DNA of 64,000 bases from Tubulanus polymorphus (lineage: Eukaryota; Animalia; Nemertea). The notes beneath the pieces were generated by a model. That model was not told where the DNA came from. It saw only the letters and a program-made list of their open reading frames with translations, and made no database searches. Shown piece by piece: positions 55,501-64,000 of this stretch. How positions within the stretch are numbered: the stretch's first letter is position 1; each line of letters opens with the position of its first letter. Location of the stretch: positions 7,068,001-7,132,000 of the forward strand of contig NC_134028.1 of the NCBI RefSeq assembly GCF_964204645.1, read 5' to 3'. Both the position numbers and the translations under genes were made by a program.

Positions 55501-58500
55501 GAGGACAACAATTGGGAAGTTCCCAGTTACCAGGAGACATTTTGTAGCGGTCCCAAAGGTCCCACATTGGACAGATTTTAACATCATTTTTAAACTAAAG
55601 CCTTTAGCTCCAATTTGGCCAGGGATCACGGATTAGCACTAACACATAGGATTCAATGGATAGTAACTATTCAACTCTGAATCGATAACTGATAGTTCAG
55701 TGTTGATACTCTAGAATACATGTACAGCATTGGAAATAGAGTAAATTAAAAAAAAAAAAACATCTGCAACTGAAGTGCCTACAGACGGCATTCTTGAACT
55801 ACCCAGAAAAATATCCAATAATTTCTTTTGTTTTATGTACGCGAAATGTTTTATGTAAATACGAGTGAAGTACGTATCGAAATGATTATTCATCATATTA
55901 ATTCATCAAAACAGCTGTCAGCTACTGACTTGCATACGGGAACGGTTGTAGAAATAGCTGTTATTTTTACTAGCAACCTACCGCCGCACGATCCCACTAG
56001 GGTTTTTGACCTGGATCAACCATTCTCACTGGTACCAAAATGTCCATCCGTTTTTGATTAAAGGCCAAATTTGGCCTGAGCAGATATTTTGGATCAGGCC
56101 CATACCAAATTTTAACGAAGGTCAAATTATTGCATGTGAATTGCAACTGGACTCACTCCACTTTGTTTAAGTATTGTTTAATATTGAGTCAGTGGTTTAC
56201 GAGTGAATCTGCTCTCTCAAACTAGCCAAATTTGATTCTGGCCCAACCCAAATCGTCTTGATGTGATCACAGCTATAATTTTTCAAATATTCGATAAACT
56301 CTTGCACATTTTCCAAGAGCCCTAGTTATAAATCCAGCGATTTTCTATGAGTCAATTCTTTATTGCGATAATACGGTTTTTAAATGATGTCAATTTTTTT
56401 TATTTCTGGGTTAAATATGCGAGGTGAATACCATATGCAAAAAAATATTCAATAGCATATGACACAGGCTTTGAATGAAAGAATTATACATACAAAAATT
56501 TCCCCCTGGTCCAGGGATTTGAACATGATAGCATTGAGAAAGATATGTGCATGAGACCCAAGCATTATTTTCAGGGTGGCATGATTTGCTATTTCCCTGT
56601 CTATTCCCTGAATTGCAAGTTGTCTTCCCTGCCTTGATCTGCTACGAGTCCAATCAATCAATACAAGTCAAATACATAGATGGAAACTGTTTGGTTTTAC
56701 GCGCGATCTAGCAATCTCAACAAATTTCCATGACTTTTCCCTGATTTTTAGCTTTTGTTTACAAAATTCCAAGCCTTTTGTAAAAAAATGAAATTTCCCT
56801 GACTTTTCCCTGATTTCCAGGTAAATGGCAACCCCTTATTTCATTTGGCTGTAAGTATCCTTGCAAGACTTTTTCCAGTGTCTCAAGATGCCATCAGTTT
56901 CGAATCCCTGCCAAGGGACGATGGATAGAATACGAAACGATCATATTTACCCTGACTGTCAATTCTAAAACGCCATTTGTAGCTAACAGCGATGGATCTT
57001 CTCGATTCAAAGATTGTTTTACCATTATCCATCCAGTGGTCGGATCGACTTTGAAATACTTCGTGGAACCTGAAATTCCGGAACAAAAGTGAATCGATCG
57101 TTTCAAGCGGTTTTTTTTTGTCAAAGATTATTACGATGCTAAGTTTTCAATTCCAGAAGCCGGCGTCCAAGTTGACTGTGACATTGAAGAAACGAAAAAG
57201 GAATTGAAATCAACTTCATAGGCTGTATGCCGCAAGTTGGGGCACGTATGTAACTCAACCACATTGGGTGAAGCAGATTTCAGAGATGGCCGAGCCTTTA
57301 AACATTTTGTTCTCACCAATCGTTAATCCGCATGCACAAAAATGAAAAGAATCGAATTGAAAAAAGAAATAATGGATTTGAAAATAACAGTTAAAACTAT
57401 TGAAAATGATTTCGATATGGCTACTTTGAGAGGAGGGATTCTTCGTTGCAGGAATTTTTGCTAACATTTAAGGCAGTTAAGGGGAGAAGCTATTCACTAA
57501 AGCTAGTTAGCTAACATTTTCTGGGTAGAAGCCATCCTTCTTCACTGCGATTTGAAATTCATAGCATCGTTCGGTAAAAGCGCAGCCTTACCAGACCAGG
57601 TACACAACTATTTGCTCACAAAAATATCTGGACCGAATCAGAATCTTTGGACCCAGTTCCACAGTATTGAGTAAGAATTAACTCTGGGTTAGTTTAAGAC
57701 CACTTTCAAGTAGAAGTGAGGTGAGTCACCTCCAGAACCAGTCAGCAATCACCTCAAATAATTTGACCCATGTTATCATCCGGCCAATTTGATCGGCCAA
57801 ATATGGCCTGTGTCAAACAAGTGTGAACAGTTAAGTTGGGCCTAATCTGTGTCAGGTCAAAAACGCTTTTGTGATCTAGGCTTAACTCGAGTCACTACTG
57901 TGTAACCAGGCTCTCCTATAGGCCTAGGCCTAAGTTTGCTTTTCTGTAAAAACTATTGACTTCAGATACCCAAATAATTGTTAACTGGTGATTGGTTTGC
58001 TAGGGTAGAGCTTTGAACTCAGCAGAAGCCATCAGGTTCAAATTCAAATTGCCAGGAAGGAACACGGCATTCGCGTCTAAGGATGGCATAAATTCTATTG
58101 ATCCCTGCAAAGGAGGATGGTTGGATCTAAAATCTAAGAAGGTCGTACAACTGAATGACGATCAAGATCTATTTCTACATGACTGGTTGTGATGATGGAC
58201 ACATTTCTAACTGTAGAGGGAAACATCGCTTAATGTGTTAATAAAAACTAGTTTGCGGTTAGTATCAGGGAGAAATTTTATTCAAACGGAAAGTTCAGCC
58301 GACGAAAATCACAACAGAAAAGTTGTTAATTTGACGTTGTATTGCATATGTATTAGTAAGGTTAAAATCACAAACTTAATAAGGTTCAATTCACAGAATG
58401 TCAAATGAAACTGTCCTAGCTTTAACAACTTAAAACTTTAATTGAAATTTAGTTAAAAATAATAATCCACATTTGTGGAACTAGATGCTTTTTAGGTCAG

Positions 58501-61500
58501 ATTTCACAATATTTTCCATACATATTTATTGGGTATCAATTCGCGGACATTGTCTTGGTTTACGAGGGGGTTCTGGATAAGTGGAACAATCCCAGGAAAT
58601 TTTCACACCTTAGGTACATTCATTCATATATATATAGAGATAGGTCTCATGCATATGTTCGCACACTTACCTGGTCCCACTATTTCAAAACAATAACGTG
58701 AACAATAAAATTATGTATCGATTGAAATTGAACGAAAATGTACTGAAATTGAATGATCTAATTACTATAAATTTTGTTAGCACTGAAATAAATCTAAAAT
58801 AGGTTCAACCTTGGGATTTTATGGGATTTGAACGGAAGACTCTCAAAGAAACTTTAATGTGGAAAAGGAATAAAAATGTTTCAGGGATAACTGCGGGACA
58901 AAGTTCCCTAGTTTGCAGGAGTTAGAAATTTGACTCTTCTGAAGTCAGATTCTAACCAACTGTGATACTGGATGCCTATATAACGGTCGGATTCAAACAT
59001 AAGAAATTCAACTACTGGTAACGAAAGCAGGAAAATTCATGAAGTAATGCAGTGAGACACCTTGGATAAACTATGGGGTCCTTCATGTAATACACTATGA
59101 ATATGAATCTAGCTGAATCGAGACTGAACTACCACTATAGATTTTGCCAAACGGTTTTATATGTGCATGTATTACCTAGTGAGCGAATATTGAATATCTA
59201 GTTCAGGGGAAACGTCTGAATATTCAGAGAGAATAATTGATATTTATTTTTAAGGGCGAGGTCGACAGTTAAATTACCTGCTGTAATACTGTACTGTAAT
59301 GGATTAGGTATGCCTCGATCCCCATCATGAGCGATCAATCTTAAAACGCTCTCATCCTACAAAAAAATAATAACTGATTTATACATCTACCTTATGTACC
59401 GCCTGAAAAATGCTGAAAGAAATATTAAGTTTATAAATGAGGCTAATTTTCAGTATGGAGTCCATGGGCGTACATAAAATACAAGCTCTGTTCCCTATGT
59501 AAACCCATCTGTGATATTGTAACATTCCATATAGCGTATAAATATTGCATCCACTCATTACGTATGTGATGAATGATTTTATACGTTTTGTTACAATTTT
59601 TCAGAAAAATAAAGCTATCTTATCTTATCTTATCTTATAGTTTTCTCAGATTGAAACAGGCAAATTTCTGATATCGTTTCACTTACAACGGAAGTATTTT
59701 CTGGTATTTGTATACTGTACGGCAGGTTATCGAATTTCGGTGGTGTATCTTGAACATCTAATACGGTAATCAACAAATTCGTCGTCGAGTTCTTCGTCGC
59801 GTCGTCGTCGTTCTGAATCGGAAAAAAAAACGTCGAAATCATTTCTACATTTAGCGTATCTAGATCTGTGGAAAAATAGGAAAATCCCTTTTTTCAACTA
59901 CAGATGAAGAAAGGAAAATAAACAATTTCTTATTTCTTCAGTTTCAGTGACATTAGCTTCAATTTTCTATTGGTCAGACATCAGGATATAAGGGCATCCA
60001 TGGGATTTTCGCAAAGGGGAGTGCCTTAGGCGCAAATCCCCTTGCAGGAGTCTGGCCGCCCAGAAAAGGTTTGAAAAATCAGAAACATCCGCAATGCATT
60101 TCAATGAATTCTAAAAACAGGATTGGCACTAAATGCCTATTACAGTTTTTGGACCATTTCTTTCACAAAATGAGTACATTTTTGGAATTTTCAAAAGATC
60201 CATGTTTTTCATTATTGGTCACTGTGGCGACGTTACTGAGGAGTGATAAATAGTTTTTTTCAGACTTACCACTGCTATTACTTCCACTTGGAAGAATTTA
60301 TCCTTTTCATAGTCGATCGGTTTAGCCAGCGAGATTTTACCGGTATGCATTTCCATCGTAAACATACCAGCTTCCTGTCCGGCCTGAAACGTATCAAAAA
60401 TTTGATCAACATTTTATTTCTGAAATTTGTTGCCGAAACCAGATTAGCATTTTTCAACATAGCAATCTTATTAACGCGATGATGAATGTAGGCAAGGGAA
60501 AAACTAAGACCTGTTCTCTATAACTACTGATATACGAACTTGCAAAATTTTGATTCAAGTATTTTTGAGAATAAGAGTGGTCTCTATCTAAAAAGAATGG
60601 CCATCGATGCTAAACAAACTGATTTTATCTAAGATTTCTACGATACAACAGGCCCCGAATATCCTATTCAAATTCAAAGAAATATTAGTGAAATTTAAGT
60701 TAAAGTGGGTGTGGGCGATCATTACATATAGCGGAGCAAATATTGAGAAACAGCATACCGATCAATGAAGAAAGCTTATTGATGTACGGATATTGATAAT
60801 GATTTAAGAGCTAAAATATCCCCCAGCCAATATACATATTGATGGATACATTTAGATCGAATCAACTGGCTATGACCACAGCGGAAAGTGATACGAACAA
60901 TTTAACCCGCTGGATAAAAGCGACGAAAGTCCCTCTCGAAAATAAGCGCGAATATAAAAGGTCAGTCCTATCGTGCAAGGATACGAACTCGATAGCAGCA
61001 AAAGACACTATCGTCCTGGATCCAGTTAGACTGGGCAGACGGTCATTCATGCATCACAAAATCAGGTAATCGTCATAAGCCAATCAGAATACCAATGAAA
61101 ACTTTCTACTGTCGAGTAAATATACAATGCGCACTAATAGCAGTACACCTGGCCTAATATGGCAGGGGTTTGTACTTTGGTAGCCTCATGGTACCGTCTG
61201 GTTCAAATCCTTGTAAGATAGGATGAAATAAGAGTGCCAAGCAATATGGATCATGATGTGAAAACACATAATTACAATACATATCATATGCAGGACAAAA
61301 TTTATTGATTAAGGTTATAAGTAGATAATTGTTTTACAGAAAGAACAAACTTAGCCACAACAGAGAAAACTTACCATAGGCTCATACTGGAAATGAACAA
61401 ATCTTTAGAACGTTAAAAGTTAGCCAAGCATTATTGTATTCCATAAACAAGTGACTCTCTGATATCAATACAGTTAAAACCCACAATAAAATGCGAAATA

Positions 61501-62881
61501 AACGCTCTTTTTAAAATTTTATTTTGGGTTTTAACTTTATCTTTATTAAGCATTAATGCGTTTATGCGCAACTTTATCAGTTTTTTAGTAAAAGATGCAT
61601 CGAATGAGTTAGCTTTAGTTGTATTTAGTTATTTAATTCATTTAATTAATTCAGTTATATGACAACGGTCAAATCCTGCTCCTCACTCAGTAAGGCTGCT
61701 TGAAAGTAGGCGCATAGTGCATGACGATTATTTTTCACAAATTTCCTGATTTGCAACTCGATGAAGTATTTGCGATCAACACGCTACTAGCTAATGGGCA
61801 GACCTACGGTAAGTCTCTAACTCAAAGAACCTCTCAATTAGTTCTCAGAGACTTTTAATATCCTTTTGCGGTGGAAATATTTACAGTTCCAATGCTACCG
61901 AATATTACTCCGTACCAGTAAACCTTGATCACCTTACTATAGGGTGATCAAGGTTTACTGGGTAAAAGGGCTATCAAAGGCAAAAAATCATTCATCAATC
62001 AGTCTCACTAAATCAAACAGTTGCAATGTGACTCGTCACTATGACTGACTGACCCAACCTCTTGGGGTATGAATGTTGATTACCTTCATAAGATAGTTAA
62101 TAATAGCACTTTCATCCAAGTCTGAGGCTGAAACAGTGAATATCGTCGAACCCACAGGAGTACTCTGAAAAATACAAATAAAATCATGAATCATGCTTAG
62201 TTAAAACTAAATTGAAACTAGAATGTGGAAATGCCGCATACATCTCCCGGGGTAAAGAGACAAAGATGGGGGAAGAAATTAAGGACAGGTAACATTATTG
62301 CGTACTTCACAGAAAGCAGCAAACTTTACTTAAATGTTCATTAACTTTTTAAGAATAGTCGGTTCAAGTCTGGAATAGATGAACTCGTCGAAACCCTCTG
62401 ATCAAGTTTAGTGGAAATCCATCTAGAATTGTATCGTGCTAATAAGAAATTCAAGAATGATGGCTGATAACTTCCATTTTCCATAGGGGAGGACATCTAA
62501 CCTGCCCCCTCCTCACACCAAGTTTCATAGAAATCCATCAAGATGTAGGTATCGTGCTTATTAGAAATTCAAGATGGCCACTCTGGTGGCCATATCAAAT
62601 AGCTGATAACCTCTATTTTCGATACGGGTGGAGTGCTCACTTGGCCTCTAATCCTCAAACCAAGTTTCAGGGAAATCCATCAAAAATTTTTATCACCATT
62701 ATTCAACACATTGGAATGAATTTACATATATTTTGAAACAATTCTTCCTTTAGATCACAAATCAAATCTTTCTTCTTCATCAAACGCTTACCTCGGATAT
62801 TTCTGCTTCGTAAGGAAGATTGACGAACAACGGATTGTTGTCATTGACGTTTTGAACGAATAAACGAAATTGCAAAATCGG
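25565..62881 (-). CDS. Cad87A: Cadherin-87A-like / CDH23-related non-classical cadherin (multi-exon; 5' end outside the window)
   Basis: 31 GT-AG exons join in one frame (5367 nt including stop): 62792-62881, 62084-62164, 60270-60383, 59687-59812, 59278-59356, 56951-57069, 55161-55364, 54587-54748, 54108-54272, 53915-53982, 53228-53486, 52564-52797, 52020-52092, 51330-51923, 50714-50920, 50266-50567, 48944-49465, 48286-48471, 47714-47936, 47129-47257, 46799-47043, 46134-46382, 45869-45957, 45659-45745, 45135-45200, 44989-45055, 44639-44766, 44401-44441, 38978-39041, 28990-29052, 25565-25895. Repeated DxNDNxP, LDRE and AxDxD Ca-binding motifs give 14 EC repeats. The DVQDTPP linker, GYFNF..IYLLNENQRVK, FKEYNV, YRRKLKAATAMAFG and PGTNLHTYEGSNPIW are hallmarks I recall for the Cad87A/CDH23 group. 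Orthology is inferred from motifs, not from a tree. Confidence 0.9.
26014..26230. repeat. interspersed repeat (TAGGC..AAAAATTGATACC-ended), also at about 27319-27491 and 40190-40400
   Basis: Shared AATTGATACCTTGTTTCT...ACAGACCCG...GAGAAACGAGGTAT blocks. Confidence 0.7.
27578..27692. mobile_element. short palindromic GGGCCAGT-ended MITE (PIF/Harbinger-like)
   Basis: GGGCCAGTTTTATAGACTGG / TGAGACTGGCCC; relatives at about 32689-32759, 52857-52963, 43576-43702 and 24622-24754. Confidence 0.65.
28990..29052 (-). CDS. cadherin cytoplasmic exon
   Basis: SNPIWMESYENKGFKPEDTD; gtttcag / gtgggt; phase 2/2; completes the EG-SNPIW motif. Confidence 0.9.
30450..30656. mobile_element. piggyBac-type MITE, copy 1
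   Basis: TTAA|CCCTTTCAGTG...CACTGAGAGGG|TTAT. Confidence 0.75.
31446..31549. repeat. (TA)n microsatellite
   Basis: About 100 bp of near-perfect TA repeat. Confidence 0.97.
32871..33255 (-). CDS. putative alternative terminal exon of the cadherin (Tyr/Pro/Asp-rich tail)
   Basis: Long polypyrimidine tract plus cag; phase-2 entry matches the donor at 38978; 128 codons RADNNYTMEDLAYEKH...DYPPDDYPPVDYPPDDYP...RFLHLQ*; GC-rich and coding-like against the AT-rich intron. Confidence 0.7.
34570..35510 (+). repeat. degenerate tandem triplication of a unit of about 190 bp, interrupted by a MITE
   Basis: Three units share GAT(C)TGATTTTT...AAGGTT.GA.G.AC.ATG...CTC...CTCCC.CTG. Confidence 0.6.
34939..35356. 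mobile_element. CAGGG...CCCTG MITE (hAT5-like)
   Basis: TIRs CAGGGGCCGATCTAGG / CCTAAATCAGACCCTG; perfect 5-bp TSD GAACT. Confidence 0.8.
35979..36288. mobile_element. CAGG...CCTG MITE (hAT5-like)
   Basis: TIRs CAGGCCCCGTG / CACGGGCCTG; perfect 5-bp TSD GAAGA; homologous to 18539-18791. Confidence 0.8.
37030..37205 (+). repeat. interspersed repeat shared with about 52330-52480
   Basis: AAGGCTCCCAAATGGA..TTTGTCAAACAAGTCATCAAATA..TATAAGATT in both places. Confidence 0.8.
38978..39041 (-). CDS. cadherin cytoplasmic exon with conserved PGTNLH motif
   Basis: GSKDTTMNHLQMPGTNLHTYE(G); tttttccag / gtaagc; phase 1/2. Confidence 0.92.
40915..41535 (-). mobile_element. tRNA-derived SINE interrupted by a MITE
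   Basis: A-box-like head GGCCTCAGTGGTTCATTGACTAA (41535-41513), B-box GGTTCGAATC (41124-41115), A-rich tail at about 40915. Confidence 0.6.
41163..41512. mobile_element. PIF/Harbinger-type MITE inserted in a SINE
   Basis: GGACATACTGGGC / GCCCAGTGTGTCC subterminal inverted repeats; 3-bp TTA duplication at 41160-41162 and 41513-41515. Confidence 0.65.
43779..43800 (-). CDS. candidate 22-nt frame-shifting microexon in the cadherin tail
   Basis: cattcctctag|TAAATATGGCTGAACCATTTTG|gtaata; 65-nt intron from the 36-nt exon; VNMAEPF(W). Confidence 0.35.
43866..43901 (-). CDS. candidate 36-nt cassette exon in the cadherin tail
   Basis: attttttag|CTGCAGAT...CTCAACG|gtaaat; symmetric phase 1; AADNGQFTDKLN. 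Confidence 0.6.
44401..44441 (-). CDS. cadherin juxtamembrane cytoplasmic exon
   Basis: YRRKLKAATAMAF(G); phase 2/1. Confidence 0.92.
44639..44766 (-). CDS. cadherin transmembrane exon
   Basis: LAVEPEVKTDEVGTLRLALAVVAVALGVAVILLIILLWCCRR: hydrophobic helix, juxtamembrane CC and basic stop-transfer residues. Confidence 0.93.
44989..45055 (-). CDS. cadherin exon (membrane-adjacent domain)
   Basis: LVDTNYASLEAFFKEYNVIEVL; phase 2/0. Confidence 0.9.
45135..45200 (-). CDS. cadherin exon (membrane-adjacent domain)
   Basis: TDMFIHAVDNKGQILDARYVL; phase 2/2. Confidence 0.9.
45659..45745 (-). CDS. cadherin exon (membrane-adjacent domain)
   Basis: FLSNQTGATINVDKITSHKGDDGKSDDK; phase 2/2. Confidence 0.9.
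45869..45957 (-). CDS. cadherin exon (membrane-adjacent domain)
   Basis: IYLLNENQRVKVVFRGTTNEVGKIRRTFA; gtacgt donor. Confidence 0.9.
46134..46382 (-). CDS. cadherin exon (atypical last EC repeat, EC14)
   Basis: RDVTDKDIGNNS...MQGYFNFKVKVNDSSGMFDTADMA; gtaagt donor. Confidence 0.92.
46799..47043 (-). CDS. cadherin exon (EC13/EC14) with RRRR loop insert
   Basis: KYWDRTAFTQPPAGRRRRAANSLPLTDPNRFQTKYNATDPSLLLIKVKLQDINDNPPVF...YNFF; ttttgtag / gtgagt. Confidence 0.9.
47129..47257 (-). CDS. cadherin exon (EC13)
   Basis: GGDPQLNFNLEKLSGKLFLVKSMDRETVPFSDIVIKATGECNN; gtaagc donor. Confidence 0.9.
47714..47936 (-). CDS. cadherin exon (EC12/EC13)
   Basis: LEVEATDG...DANDNLPMF...ATDRD...CYFIV; gtaagt donor. 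Confidence 0.92.
48286..48471 (-). CDS. cadherin exon (EC12)
   Basis: NETTINKMIVQFIATDSDRG...ADRENQAQYQ; phase 0/0. Confidence 0.9.
48944..49465 (-). CDS. cadherin exon (EC10/EC11)
   Basis: GTITVKKPLNRE...DVNDETPTF...DVNDSPPVF...YVSE. Confidence 0.95.
49621..49894. mobile_element. piggyBac-type MITE, copy 2 (opposite orientation)
   Basis: TTAA|CCCTTTCAG...CTGAAAGGG|TTAA; internal TACACCGCACTGCAGTGTA-type palindromes. Confidence 0.85.
50266..50567 (-). CDS. cadherin exon (EC9/EC10)
   Basis: GGISLKKRLDRE...DINDNNPKF...ADDPDLG...FQIDPNN; gtgagt donor. Confidence 0.93.
50714..50920 (-). CDS. cadherin exon (EC8/EC9)
   Basis: ATLTIGLTDVNDNAPVF...ATDAD...IKDPSS; gtcagt donor. Confidence 0.92.
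51330..51923 (-). CDS. cadherin exon (EC7/EC8)
   Basis: Most of ORF 51298-51939; LDRD, AIDRG, DVNNKAP and LDRE motifs; phase 1/1. Confidence 0.95.
52020..52092 (-). CDS. cadherin exon (EC6/EC7 linker)
   Basis: DTNDNTPFFDKNSYSASIPENSLP; AAG acceptor, gtaagt donor. Confidence 0.88.
52564..52797 (-). CDS. cadherin exon (EC6)
   Basis: ASDRDLTPNNQITYSI...LDYEKM...ATDKGNPPLSNDVTVVIKLE. Confidence 0.92.
53228..53486 (-). CDS. cadherin exon (EC5/EC6)
   Basis: FTVNPNTGLISV...LLDRETIDAYYLVYIATDGAG...DRNDNKPEF...VKIE. Confidence 0.92.
53915..53982 (-). CDS. cadherin exon (EC5)
   Basis: ATDSDKGINGKITYSLVGSSAS; ends in phase 2. Confidence 0.9.
54108..54272 (-). CDS. cadherin exon (EC4/EC5)
   Basis: VVATETQTTEKRSSSADIVLSITDVNDHFPVFSKQSYDATVPENSPKGTSITTIT; gtgagt donor. 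Confidence 0.92.
54587..54748 (-). CDS. cadherin exon (EC4)
   Basis: GINGQFKLTLEQNGQPYTAFEVAPSVVYNTANVMIRVKNSSVLNYEKQSTITFK. Confidence 0.9.
55161..55364 (-). CDS. cadherin exon (EC3/EC4)
   Basis: ASEVTTNPKG...ITVTDVNDEKPTF...VTDLDQ; gttggt donor. Confidence 0.9.
56951..57069 (-). CDS. cadherin exon (EC3)
   Basis: GSTKYFKVDPTTGWIMVKQSLNREDPSLLATNGVLELTVR; phase 1/0. Confidence 0.92.
58671..58679 (-). CDS. candidate 9-nt cadherin microexon (adds VGP) in EC3
   Basis: ttttgaaatag|TGGGACCAG|gtaagt; consensus donor, frame-preserving in a phase-1 intron. Confidence 0.5.
59278..59356 (-). CDS. cadherin exon (EC3)
   Basis: DESVLRLIAHDGDRGIPNPLQYSITA; ttttgtag / gtaatt; ends in phase 1. Confidence 0.9.
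59687..59812 (-). CDS. cadherin exon (EC2/EC3)
   Basis: NDDDATKNSTTNLLITVLDVQDTPPKFDNLPYSIQIPENTSV; gtaagt donor. Confidence 0.92.
60270..60383 (-). CDS. cadherin exon (EC2)
   Basis: AGQEAGMFTMEMHTGKISLAKPIDYEKDKFFQVEVIAV; tttcag / gtaagt (not the frame shown in the ORF track). Confidence 0.9.
61375..61386 (-). CDS. candidate 12-nt cadherin microexon (YEPM) in EC2
   Basis: ggctaac branch-like motif, ttcatttccag|TATGAGCCTATG|gtaagt; frame-preserving in a phase-0 intron. Confidence 0.6.
62084..62164 (-). CDS. cadherin exon (EC2)
   Basis: STPVGSTIFTVSASDLDESAIINYLMK; ttttcag / gtaatc. Confidence 0.9.
62792..62881 (-). CDS. cadherin exon (end of EC1)
   Basis: PILQFRLFVQNVNDNNPLFVNLPYEAEISE; attttgtag acceptor, gtaagc donor; phase 0/0. 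Confidence 0.9.
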
Positions 62882-63053
62882 CTACAAAATAAAACGTAAA
62901 ATTATCATTCAAGCAGAGTACACATAGAATAACACTTGTTTTGTGTTGCAGATGGGCTCAACAGTTGTTAATCATGTTCCTGCTACCACAAAATATTTTG
63001 TTGTTCCTTAAAGGTTATGTATTCATGAATGAGAACTGACTAAACAGCCTTAA

Positions 63054-63331
63054 CCCTTTCGATGCCGACTTATTAACACCCCAAAGTGCTGGAGATAATT
63101 TCAAATTTTAAAAGATTCCACCACAATGTTTTGAATAACAGGCATACTGCTTTAGTGTATCTACACCACAGCCCGGTGTTTTGTTAGTCACTGATATCTA
63201 ACTGTTTTTGACAGGCACTGCCATCCTTCATTAGACAAAAACTAATCACATCAATACGCTGCAATGCGGCGTACTAGCCAAGTACATGAGCGATTTACAC
63301 ACCGCACCGCGGAGAAGATGCAATGAAAGGG
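63054..63331. mobile_element. piggyBac-type MITE, copy 3
   Basis: TTAA|CCCTTTC...GAAAGGG|TTTA; internal similarity to 49621-49894. Confidence 0.75.
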
Positions 63332-64000
63332 TTTATGATTACAAACACAACAGGTTCTATTTCGCCAGAAAAAAGAATCCAATCAATTGAATCGAAACCT
63401 TATCAAAAATATATAATCAATTATCAATGGAGAATTTGAAAAGAAATCTTTCTCCAACTGAGCCAGGCGTCAGGTATGACAGAACGGTTTCCTAGCAACT
63501 GAAATAAGTGTCAATATCGCTCGTCGCTATCGTAATGAATTCGGGTTGATTTTCACATGATTAGAGAAATGTAATACTAATACAATGCTGGATGGAATTT
63601 ACTTCATCGAAGTCAGTAGTCGGTTAATTGGGGTAACGTAAGACTTCATCAAATAGTATTATTCATCGAAAATGATATCAACTGCGAATGATTTTCAGGT
63701 ACGAAGGTTTTTGTATGTAATACACAAGATCATTTAAAAGGAACCCAGTAAAAATGCCGCAAGTAAATTCATTCTATTCTAAAGTTTGAATCCACTTCTG
63801 TATATTAAACAGCTGAGTTTTGCCTAGTCCTATTTAGTTGGATTTTGGATGTCTTCAAATAAATTTCTTAATTCTTAATTTCTAATTTTCGATGCCAATT
63901 TCCAGTCTAACCATGGACTCTTAAGCTAAGGGATGGAGAGACCATGCATAAACTATAGCTACGATCACATTTCTAATTTTCGATGCCAATTTCCAATGGG

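Noticed and set aside
63880-63996. Direct repeat of about 26 bp (TTTCTAATTTTCGATGCCAATTTCCA) with a spacer, CRISPR-like at a glance
   Set aside because: Only two copies at the window edge, eukaryotic context, no cas genes.

Overview
Intron-rich invertebrate (metazoan) genomic DNA; the species cannot be determined from the sequence alone. Three protein-coding loci are supported. (1) A large minus-strand cadherin-87A/CDH23-related cadherin. I reconstructed 31 phase-consistent coding exons by hand between 62881 and 25565 (about 1788 aa inside the window; the 5' end lies beyond 64000). It has 14 EC repeats (EC1 partial), a membrane-adjacent domain, a TM helix and a C-terminal PDZ-binding motif (ETTDI). 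(2) An MS4A/CD20-like tetraspan gene with a single coding exon (+, 16734-17345). (3) The first coding exon of a claudin/PMP22-superfamily gene of the CACNG/TARP-like type (-, 9477-9660). The rest is introns and intergenic DNA with many non-autonomous DNA-transposon MITEs, tRNA-derived SINE remnants and microsatellites. No rRNA, intact tRNA, CRISPR array or autonomous transposase was found. The most unusual signal is the splicing architecture of the cadherin cytoplasmic tail: an alternative Tyr/Pro-rich terminal exon, several microexons, a possibly dual-coding exon whose alternative frame recreates the conserved P-x-W-x-x-x-Y-[DE]-N-x-x-F motif, and three identically oriented CTCF-like 15-mers around the alternative exon. 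EC13 also carries a furin-type RRRR loop. All isoform calls are predictions that need RNA-seq.
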